A DNA stretch of 63,880 nt, filler included, from Phoronis australis (lineage: Eukaryota > Animalia > Phoronida): the NCBI GenBank assembly GCA_002633005.1. It is 4 parts of 4 records of this genome, joined end to end, with 100 filler letters (N's around TTAATTAATTAA, not from the genome) between each part and the next. Parts side by side here need not be neighbours in the genome. Positions count along the whole stretch, not along the records: positions 26,731 to 58,590 come from NMRA01000078.1; positions 58,691 to 62,629 come from NMRA01002765.1; positions 62,730 to 63,880 come from NMRA01000327.1; 1 more part is not named here. One strand, given 5' to 3'. Position numbers and translations under genes: made by a program. Shown here piece after piece: positions 53,052 to 63,880 of the stretch. Within the stretch, counting starts at the first letter, position 1. Each line of letters starts with the position of its first letter. The notes beneath the pieces were generated by a model that was given only the letters and a program-made list of their open reading frames with translations, made no database searches and was not told the DNA's origin.

Positions 53052-54420
53052 AACAAGGGCAAGGCACAGCATTGAAATGCACACACGACAGCACCACCGC
53101 AAATGGTGTACTTCTACAGGTGTTTTTTGTATCATAGAAATGGCCATTAGATAGAACAGAATACGTCAAACCCATCCAGACTGGGAAGGCGTTCTGATAC
53201 AAAACTGTTTGCTCAATTTCATGAAAATAAACCATGGAACTCCAAATGTAAAAAAATAAAATTGACACCAGGGGGCACAGCTACTATCCTTCCAGTGGTT
53301 TGTCAGATAGAGGGGTTGACGTCAAAAAATACGTCAACATTTTTAAATGGCCACCACATGGGACAGAAAACATCAAATCTGTCTGGACATGGAACAACAT
53401 AGTCGTCTGCTCAACGGAAACTTTCTTACCAAATTTCATGAAAATAAATAACATGAACTACGAAGATACAGAGGCAAATGATAAAAAACATTTTGCCACT
53501 AGGGAGGAAGGACACTAGTATTCATATCAGTTCGGCACTCGTTACCATTTGTCACCAGCTCCATACAAGGAATACATCTTTCAAATTTCACGATTCAAAA
53601 GATTAAGAAGATTCAGCCGCAGACGCAAAAAAAAAAACGCCACTACAGGCAACACAGCAGTCGGATCCATCCGAGAAAGTTATGATTAGTTGCGGCCTTC
53701 TCATCAGGAAAGCATTAAATTTTCATAATGATACCTTGAGCAATTTAGCAGACAAAGAAGCAGACGCCAGAAAACAGACGCAAAAGTACCACAAATGGCC
53801 ACAAGGTAGCGTAAAATACATCTAATTGGTATGAAAATAGAATGGCATTGTTGCCTTCTTGATAAAAACTTATTTGCCAAATTTCATGAAAATCCATCAA
53901 CAACCTCTGAAGATACACAATAAAGAAAACTAAAATAGTCACTATGGGATACAGCCAGACTAGTGGAATCAGTCTACAACTCGTCAGTCATCTGCTGTCA
54001 GTTTCATAGGAATACATCTTTCAAATTTCACTAAGCTCTTTCAAAAGGTTAATGAGAATCCGTGGCAGACACTAAAAAATTGCCAAAAGGGGGCGTAATC
54101 AGACTGATCAGCATCAGTCATCTCCTTCTCATCAAAAACACATCATTCTGTCAATTCTCATAATAATCCTTTGAGAGCTTTGGCAGAGCGGGGTGGCGCC
54201 AGAAGACTAATGCAAAAATAACAAGAGCAACGCAGAGCATTGAAATGCGCCCACGAAAGCATTGCAAATGGTGTGCTTTTAGGGTTATTTATTTGTATCA
54301 TAAAAATGAGCATTAGATGGCGCAAAAACGTACAATCCATCAAAAAACTGGAACATGCCATATTTCATAAAATTGTGTCAAGAAACTATAGAAAAACAAA
54401 GGAAAACAGAATTAAAGACC
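53052..54420 (+). mobile_element. Same HINE-like family: two starts (53052, 54220) with diverged ~145-bp subunits
   Basis: Both start aacaagrgcaa.gca.agcattgaaatgc...gcaaatggtgt; periodic CCAC-type motifs at 53265, 53351, 53496, 53640, 53799, 53939, 54083. Confidence 0.65.
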
Positions 54421-55859
54421 CTACATAACGGCCAAATGACTTTTGAACATGTTAAATGTATGTATCAGTGATCGACACAAACATATCATCCCTCCCTTTA
54501 CTCCTGGCATTAGCTAATTACGCCAATTACTATCGTACGACCCCACCATGAACCCCATTTAGCGCCGAAAAAAAAAACTTTAGGTGGCGCTCGTTCTAAT
54601 CGACGCAAATGACGTCATCGTTGGTACCCAAGACGTATCGAACAGTCCGTTGCCACAGGAAGCTTACCTTACGGTGTCTGGTGCATATTTCACAGATTTT
54701 CAAAATTACAACTGTTAGAGACAACCAAGCTCAAATACTATGCGACACTTATCTCGACACTTCCACGTGCATGTAATATCCTACAACTCACTGTCCCTTG
54801 ATCAGTAGTTTAGCGTCGCCGAAGACAGTAGCGCGTTCTCGGTGGGGACCACTTACTCAGTCTAACATCAAATGCTTATTCACAAAGACGTCGAGGTTTA
54901 ACGAACAGATTTAACGAGCAGGGTCCCTGCGTGCAGGTTTGCAATGAATGGAGATTTGTCGGACCCACAGCGACATCCTGGTGGAATGCGTGTACCGGAG
55001 AATTAATTTGTAGTCGGTCCGTGATAATTACGGGATTATGTCAGGGAGTAAGTCTGCGTTACACATCTTAACGAAGCGAAAGGCTCACTCGCAGCATGAT
55101 GAAAAAGAATGACCCGAGACTTTTCGCACTTGTGTTAGAAAAGTATAATACCTTGCAATCGACGGACGTTCAATGAAAAGTACTGCGAAATGGAAGATTA
55201 AGAAAATGTAGAAACAAAGTTTGGATGGATTAGCACCGTGTATGTTCAAGCCAGAGGAATCCGAGTAAAGTGAAACAGAAGGGGAAACTTACCCGCCAAT
55301 TGTCACGGAACTCGCTACGGACCGTCATTTGAAGACAAAGGCATTTTACTCAAGGCATACGAAACTTAACCCGTAACCGACGCAGCTAGCTGCACGCCGA
55401 TTAGTGAGACCTGCAGGAAAATCTAAGCGATTGAGGTGGAAACAAAATATTGAGCAAAAAGGACAAAGTTAGCGCTGCGAATAGGTTGNNNNNNNNNNNN
55501 NNNNNNNNNNNNNNNNNNNNNNNNNNNNNNNNNNNNNNNNNNNNNNNNNNNNNNNNNNNNNNNNNNNNNNNNNNNNNNNNNNNNNNNNNNNNNNNNNNNA
55601 AAACTACTTTGTTTTTTACTGTCCCAGCAGCCGATCAGGTGCTCACTACAGGTTGTGGTTAGCGCGGTAATGTGTTGCTCGTTCTCAACGATGATGTCAA
55701 TAGGCCAGTCTACTGTGATTCGTCGAGAGAATAAAAGGGGTTTCTGATGGGGGCACATAATATGGGGGGCACAAAATGCGTAGTAATTAGTTAGTGGTTG
55801 TGTGAAATAAAACGAAACAAAGATATGTTGCACATAAGTACATGTATTTAACATATCTA

Positions 55860-57780
55860 AAAGGCAGTTGGCTCATTTTGTAGGGACTTTATATAAAATT
55901 GCAACTTAAGTGGGGCACAGTGTCCGTTGGATCTGCCTGAAAGTCGTTGAAATCTGTTGTTATCTTCATTACAAATACACTCATTAATTTAATAAAGATC
56001 CTGCAGTGGGTTTAGGAGATACAGCTAAGGGCACAAAAAAACAAAACTACCACTAGGAGGAGCCACAGTAGTCAGTCGCCATCATCAAACGTCGTCCCCT
56101 TTACATTGAGAACATATGCCATTTTTCAAAACCATCCCTAGAATGATATGGTTGATAGAAGGGTGGACGCCAAAAACAAGATTCGAAAACAGCAAAAATG
56201 GCCACCAGATGGCACAAAATACCTCGATTACATCCAAAAACAGGATAGTGTCACCTCACCAATAAATGCCTATATTCAAAATTTTATGAAAATCTGTTGA
56301 GGACCTTTGAACATACAGAGTTAAACGTAAAAAACTGAAATTGCCACTAGGAGGCACACCAGCAGTCAGCTCCGTCCAAAAGTTGTCGTCGTTCATTGCC
56401 TACATCATATGAATACACTTTCTAAATTTAGTAAAGATCCTACTCACAGTTTTGGAGATACAGGCATAGGCGCAAAAAAAACTGCGACTAGGAGGCACCA
56501 CAGTAGTTGAAGACGTCGGAAAATCATCATCAGCCGTTCACTTCACAGTATGAACATAAATGCCAATTTTCATAACCATTCCTCGAGCGGTTTGGTTGAT
56601 AGAGGGGTGGACGCAAAAAACAGACTCAAAAACCGTAGAAGTGGCCACTAGGTGGCGCAAACTACGTCCCATCCATCCGAAAACAGGGGAACAACGTCAT
56701 CTCACTAATACGTGCCTATATATCAAGTTTTATGAAAATCCGTTGAGGACTTTTGAAGATACAGAGGGTAAACGCAAAAAACTAAAATTGCCACTAGGGG
56801 GCACACCGGTAGTTAGATCCGTCCAAAAGTTGTCATCTGTTGTCTACGTCATATAAATACACTTCCTAAATTTAGTAATGATCCCTCAAACAGCTTAGGA
56901 GATACAGCCATCAGTGCAAAAAAACCAAAACTGCTACTAGGAGGCGCCACAGTAGTGCACATCGTCGGAAAATCACCGTCAGTCGTCCACTTTATAGTAA
57001 GAACATACATGCCAATTTTCACAATCATCCTTTAAGTGGTTTGGTTGATAGAGGGGTGTACACAAAAAAACAGACTCGAAAACATTAAAAATGGCCACTA
57101 GGTGGTGCAAACTACGTTGAACCCATCCGAAAACGGCAGGACAGCATCATCTCACTAATAGGTGCCTATGTACCAAATTTTATGAAAATCTGTTCAGGAC
57201 TTTTGAAGATACAGAGGTAAACGTAAAAAAACTAAAACTGCCACTAGGGGGCACACCGGTAGTTGGATCCATTCGAAAGCTCGCTCATGCCGTCCCATCT
57301 ATGGAAGGAACACATGTGCAAAATTTCATGAACATACGTCAAAGCGTTTTGGAGATACTGAGCAGCGGATGCCGGAGGCCGGACGGACGGAGATGACGGC
57401 ACAATGCGCACACATATAAATATGTGGGTGCATAACAAAAATGGTCACAACCAAAGGTAGCATAAAATATGACAAACCCCTTCACAAAAATGAATAGCAT
57501 CGTCATCTTAATAAAAACCCATTTGTCAAATTTCATGAAAATCCATTATGGAACTACGAAGTTACATAGGCAAACGTAAACAGTTAAAGTTGCCCTTAGG
57601 GAGCACAGCGGTAGTTCGATCAATCCGAAATTTGTCGTCATCTGTCGTCAGCTTCATAGAAACACATCTGCCAATTTCAGTAATGATGCAAGGGATTAAG
57701 AGATACAGCAACAGACGCCCGAACGCTTGGACAAAGATGACGACAATATGCATCCACAAATACGTGGGCACAAAAAGGCA
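55860..57780 (+). repeat. ~148-bp satellite-like array with a ~445-450-bp three-unit higher-order repeat, ending in a GGAC microsatellite and hairpin
   Basis: Motif starts at 56050, 56202, 56344, 56485, 56645, 56791, 56934, 57095 and 57241, with every third unit most similar. ggacggacgg at 57381; gcacacatat/atatgtgggtgc fold-back at 57408-57431. Confidence 0.85.
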
Positions 57781-58505
57781 AGATGATTCACCAATTTAGG
57801 ACATAATGTGGTCGTTAAAGGAACTTTGTTTTTTTGTTTTTTCATAAAAGTAGCACTAAATAAACACACTACTTTTTAAGATTCACACCAAAGCTACCTT
57901 CAGACAATGATTCTGAAAAATAGTGGGCATTCATAACAATGTAAAGCCTTTGAAAACAAGAAGATAGCAATTTTGGGGATTACTTTTGTCCGAAATTGAT
58001 GAGATTTCACAAAACCTCATGCTTGTTCAACGTTGAATAGTCCTTGTGAACAATCTGTTAAGCATATGGCTTTGCCACTCACCTGAGCATGAGAGTCTAG
58101 AAAAGAAACACCTGGACAATTGGAATAACCATGTTGACTCCAACGCATTTGGTATCAACATTCATCAGTTTTAGGCTAAATCAGTCAACACAGTAAACCT
58201 GGATGCAGTTCCCTTTCAAGGGTCTCACACTCTGTTGAAGGGCCGAAAATGCCTTTATGTTATAATTGTTAACATTGGTTATGAGAGACTTCTTTAGTAA
58301 GCTGTTTTCCTTAAAACCGCAATTTGTTTACAAATTGTTTCTTTTCCTTATTACACTTGTACAGTTTTCCAGGATGTCACAAGGTGGCGCTTGCAACAAA
58401 TATAAATATTCAGTTTTAATGACAGGGTTTCCCCCTGTGTGTAAACTTCTGGGCAGCCCGCCACGCTCACTTTTTGGCCCTGCCACTCGTAAAATATACT
58501 CAAAT

Positions 58506-58590
58506 AGTAAAAGGGATCGCTAGTAAAAGGGATCGCTAGTAAAAGGGATCGCTAGTAAAAGGGATCGCTAGTAAAAGGGATCGCTAGTAA
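58506..58590. repeat. 16-bp perfect minisatellite (TAGTAAAAGGGATCGC) x5 at contig end
   Basis: Direct reading. Confidence 0.92.
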
Positions 58591-60584
58591 NNNNNNNNNN
58601 NNNNNNNNNNNNNNNNNNNNNNNNNNNNNNNNNNTTAATTAATTAANNNNNNNNNNNNNNNNNNNNNNNNNNNNNNNNNNNNNNNNNNNNTTGGGCGAAC
58701 TCCAGGTAGGTGTTAATTAATTCTGCTGTCGAGTACATTATGCTTTATGCATGTGAGTGTGTATTACAAGTTCACACGTGGTGTCTCCTAGACTTCCGAG
58801 CTAGAAAGTCGAGTAAAAACTCAAGATTTCTAGTAACGAGCTCGAAATATAGAGTTCATACTCGAACTTTCCGTGAACAAGTACAAACTGGGATGAGATA
58901 ATTATCGCCGTGAGTCATTGTGTACTCGAGTACAGAATAATAGATACTTATCTGGAGTTCGCACAAAAATAAATTAGAAAATAGCAAAAATAAATTCAGA
59001 TTTTGAGTACAGATATTAGACCCCGGGCCACGGTCTCTTTTCTAAAAAACGAGTCGAGCCAAAATTATATTTGTTTTTTGCTCATCGCTTGGCAAATCAT
59101 GGCGTTTCAACCCTTACTTACCCTTGCTTACGTGCCTTTAAAAACACGACAACTTGGTTGAAATTGATGCGGGTGGGTGTTTTTATGTTTTAGCTTGTGA
59201 AGGCAGGTAGCAAAATGAGTCGGGGTAGAGAACAGATCCATCTATGCTGTGGTCTTATATCCTACAGTGTACCCCGACCAACCCGCGATCGAGAACGACC
59301 GGAAGGCGATCGAGAACGAAATTTGGTGCGAGAAGAGAAGCCAGGCAAGGTGAGTAAATTTGATGAATTTTCGTGTTTTTTTACTTCCAATGTGAAAACA
59401 GAGACAGGACTTCAAGGCGTAACACATTTAGGAAGGACAGGTAGAGGTTTAGGCTAGTGTCTCTCCCAATTCTAGGAGAAAAGTTACATTGACATCGCTT
59501 AAGCCGAAGGTGATTTGAATGTCATTTTGGCAAATTTCCGTTATTTTTGGCACTAAATCAATAAACTGACCATGGATTTATGAAGAAATGAAGTGTGAAA
59601 ATATAACGCAAAGCCTGTTTTTTGTAGTTTTGTCAGGATCTCTGATTTTTCGACGATTTTCTGTTGAAAGATGCTATCGAGAACGCAACGATAAGCGATC
59701 GGGAACGCAAATTTGTGTTTGTTTATGCGATCGGGAACGCATTGTGGTGTGTCGAACAGTAATGAACTTTTTACTTATAAAACGTTAAAAAGGTTACAAA
59801 ATAAGTGTGGTGCAATGATTTAATCACATTTTGTGTCGTTACTGTGTTTCTTTCGTATCAAAACTGAACAATGACGTAACATATTTCCATTAAATTGTCA
59901 TGAGCACTACATGCACATCAAGCATAATTCAAGTTTAGTTTCACAAACGAATTTATTCTCATTATAGGAAACAAGTTCACTGGCGAGCTTCAACGAACAT
60001 TTTATCCACGACGTGAAGGTACACCTGACCAGGGTTTTGAAAAGTACAGGCCAGGCATCTACTTTTAGACCAAACCACTGAGAACAAGGGTTTCTAAACT
60101 GAAGACTCACCCAGGAGTTGTTCCGTGTGGCCTGTCAGCCAGTTGTAAACAAATTGTTGCAGCACCGAGATGAAAGCGAGTGTAGAATCTTCTTGTAAAA
60201 TTGCGACAGCGAAAGGAAAAAAAACAAATAGCCAGTGAAGTCAAAGAATGATGATGAGCTTGCCCATGGGGAGAGAGGGGAGTGCGGCAGCAACACCATT
60301 CACGAGATGATTCAAAGATTCTCACTCATAAACGTCTGGGATAAAAAAATTGGCCAGAAGTTATGTAAACTGGTGTGCTGATAAAACGGGTGGGATTTTA
60401 CTTGATGTTTTACTGATAACATCGATACAGAGATGAACAGATTGACTTGTGGCACCGTGTGCCTTGAATATACGTTGTGTTTGACTCTTCTGTTTTGTAG
60501 TATTGGTCCTAAGTTCATCTGCATCATCAGTTCATGATCTCGAGTTTAATGTGACATTGAAAAAGATTGAGAGTTATAATACTA

Positions 60585-61498
60585 CAGTGGCGGATCTAGG
60601 ATATCACAAGGGGGGGCAACATTTTGTCCGGCTGTAAGCATTAGCGCAAAACACGATTATAGATGCGTATAGCACCGAATGATTCCTGAAGTATTATCCA
60701 AGAAAAAAAGGCAAAGTAAACCACAGAGAACGTGTCAAACAGGAAAAACTGTACGTACCACAGAAGTGAACTCACGACCTGGCGGATAGAAAGCGCGTGC
60801 TTTACCACTACACCACCACGATTTAACTACTAACCTTGTGCTAAGAGACCTATTTGTTTATGGTCCACAGCGTTTGCGCGCGAAACCTACTTCTTTTTGT
60901 AATGCTTATTACACGTTTTATGTTTTGTGCAATCGGTTCTTAACAAATTTGTTGTATTTAAAATAGTCTTCAAATGCCCAAAAGACCAAATCCGTTTTTC
61001 TTATTGGCAATAATGGCGGGATTGCTTTGGAAATCGTCTTAAATTAAGGTTTGACAAAGAGAGAATTATGGCTTTCTGAGTGATTCACCAAAGCTTCGAT
61101 TAAAATTCACATCTTACCAGCAGTTTCTGTTATTTCATCGTCACTCAGGTTCCATTTTCTTTAAAAAAGGAAGTAAATTTTCTTCATTGCACACTGGAAC
61201 AGACGACGGAAACGGAGTTGTAGTGCGCAGCGCCATTGCCGGTCGCCTGGGATATCGCGGGAGAGCTTATACTTAGCCATAGTTCTGTTACCAATGCGCC
61301 GTGTTCCGAATATGACACTTGAAATTGGATCTGAGCCCCCCCCCCAAACACTAAAACTGTACACATTTTAATCTTGTTTCATCCGTATAATTTTAATTAA
61401 TAAACTCAACATTCTCCTACGCTCTTGCTGTTTGATTTTTTTGCGGCAGCCAGGGGGGGGGCTGGCCCCCTGGGCCCTCCCCCCTAAATCTGCCTATG
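60585..61498 (-). mobile_element. hAT-like non-autonomous element, second copy
   Basis: TIR CAGTGGCGGATCTAGG / CCTAAATCTGCCTATG with G/C-run subtermini; homologous to 17165-18125. Confidence 0.7.
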
Positions 61499-63880
61499 AA
61501 CACACACACTATATTGTGATTTTCTCAAAACGTAGTCAACATGTTGTCATTAACGTCACTTCAACTACACACAGTAGTGATTTACACAGGAAACCAACAA
61601 TATTATAGCATTTCTATTATAATATTAATATTTTAATACACATACCTCAAAATTGGTCTTACAAAAATATATAAATTTATTTATAGGGAAATCAACAAAA
61701 CAAATCCATTGAAAATTTCCAACGAATTAATTTTGGAATGACTAAATCATCACTGAATCATAGACAATGTATTGAGGACTGATTGATAGTATAACAGTCT
61801 CTCACAGGAAATCAACTACAATATGAAAGCAATTTCTAATCATAGACATATAGGCCCCCTATTTTCATTCAAAATACTCATTGGTCAGAACAACTGTATG
61901 TAAGTATTACCCATTGACACTTAATATGATCATTTAAATCTACCTAAACACTACAAAAATGTACTGATTCTGTTAAAGATCCTTTTGAAATAACACAAAT
62001 ATAGAAAGAAATTTGAGGAAAAAAGGTTCAAAACAAAACGTCAAAATACTATCACATCAGACAACTACCAACCAAAGACTTTGTAAATCTGAATAAACTT
62101 CAGCACTGGACTTAATGATTTCATTCATGACGTTTCTGCTTGCTATGCCTGTAGAAGGAGGCATACTGTTTGCATGACATGCCGCATTCATCACAAAAAG
62201 GAGTGTCCTCGTGCTGTGACGCAGTGTCGCATCAGGCTTACTCTTTCCGTGAAACGTTGTTCACAGATAGGACACTGGTTCCTGAGCACGATGCTTCGTG
62301 CTATGTTTTACTATATTGGTAAAAAACTCTTGACGCATGCAACGCGTCAATCACAGGGCTGGTAAAGGTCTTGCTTTGTTGTAGTGACTGTATTTTATTG
62401 CCATGTGGTCATACTAAATCGATTTCTTAGTTCCTGAACGAGGCTCCACAACACACACACACTCTGTTGTGACACGCAGCAGTTGTACTACTCTTTTTTG
62501 AAGGCGTGGACTATAACACCCTGAAGGACTCATCGTGTGGCTACACTATGAGTTCAAGTGAAAAAATCAAACGCATTCAGTTATGTTTGTTAGACTAAAT
62601 CTCACTTTGAAATAATGATATGTTATTAANNNNNNNNNNNNNNNNNNNNNNNNNNNNNNNNNNNNNNNNNNNNTTAATTAATTAANNNNNNNNNNNNNNN
62701 NNNNNNNNNNNNNNNNNNNNNNNNNNNNNGGGGGGGTTCAGGGGGTTTAACCCCCCCCTCGGGCCAGGACCCAAAAATTAAAAAAAAACAAAAGCGTCTC
62801 AAGCAAAGCAAAAACGGCACCGCCAGCGTGTGTAAACCCCAAGTAAACCAACTTGGAAAAAAAATGAGAGGGGTTCACTCTGAATAGTTTTTTGCATTGT
62901 GAATTGCTGAGTCTTTGTGGCTAATCGGCAAAACGCGCGGTGATTTATTGTGTGCGCGCTTCCGTCGACACTTCTGAAGTAGCCAAGCATTTTAGATGGA
63001 TTCACCGCTGAAAGAGCAGTTCTATAGCTGATTTCTTTAGGTAACTAGCTTCTTTACTCTAAGATATGTTTTGATTTGATTCGGGAAATACTGCGGTGCC
63101 GCAACCCTGATATTCAGGCGAATTGTCGTGCAACGTTTTTACCTAATCTGTCATGCCGTGTCATTCTATTACACTCCACACGTTTGTAACTGATGTATAG
63201 TAAAGTGGTCTTGCGCAATATCATACAGTGTATATGTACATGTAATATTGTGTACATGTACATGTAATATTTTTGAAAAAAATTCTTTTTCCGAAGAATT
63301 GCTATTGTGGCGGGCGCCGTGGTCTGGTCGCCAGTCCGTTTGAAGACACACTCTATAATAAGTTATGTCTATACAAGGAATGACCAATGAAGGGGGCACT
63401 CACATTGAGAAAGTGACCGCATTCGCGAAAAGTGTACAGTACCAGAAATTGCGGGGAGGCTGTTCTTTCACAACAAAGTCTTGCGGAACTCGTGCGATGT
63501 TCAATAGGCCTCCTGAGGAGCCCTAGTTCCGACCTCAGCACCTACCGTCTGTCTACCTGCAATAAGCACACTGCTGTCTTCTATACTGGGAATTTCCGCA
63601 GAAAGGCTCACCCGATGAAACGCTCATGCCCATGGGCATTTATTTGATATTATAGTACTTCGGGTTTCAAGCGTTCAGACATTGGGACGTTTATTTCGAA
63701 AATTGCAAGAGATGCAAATAGGTCCTGGGATGCTTCGTCAAGGTTTGAAGTAGTCCATGATGAACGTATCAAATTTAGTTGCGCATGTAAGTCTTTCGAA
63801 TGGACTTGGTAACCTCAAGGGTCTTAGTGTCAACTGAGCTGCGAAACGAGATGCTGACATTGTAGAGGCTTACAAGCTCA

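Noticed and set aside
59890-60530. Possible minus-strand exons on the third contig piece
   Set aside because: One candidate exon (~60110-60190), but neighbours have stops in all frames or impossible intron lengths; no recognisable product.
63400-63880. Possible hAT dimerisation-domain remnant
   Set aside because: Similarity too weak and fragmented to support by eye.

Overview
AT-rich, intron-containing animal (invertebrate-like) genomic DNA from a fragmented assembly. Three 100-bp N spacers carrying the artificial TTAATTAATTAA linker (26631, 58591, 62630) split the window into four pieces that may not be adjacent in vivo. Two host genes can be reconstructed by hand on the minus strand: (1) a sigma-class glutathione S-transferase (four coding exons at 3057-1199, probable UTR exon at ~6856-6893, last exon not found in the window); (2) a large Ser/Thr/Pro-rich mucin-like extracellular protein gene whose exons (~52970 to ~28104) join with consistent splice phases. 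Two tandem duplications (1953-bp and 2514-bp offset), each joined by a single N, look like uncollapsed alleles, and one pair shows a transposon presence/absence difference. Most of the rest is transposon debris: Kolobok-like (TTAA, THAP), ISL2EU-like (AT flanks), hAT-like, MITEs, L1/Tx1-type LINE pieces and minisatellites. The most unusual signals are co-oriented ~148-bp arrays that carry a CTCF-consensus motif per unit inside HINE/DINE-like elements, a Kolobok derivative that appears to retain the starts of both of its genes, and an intronless ubiquitin-specific-protease His-box fragment facing an orphan ORF. All calls are by eye; no searches were run.
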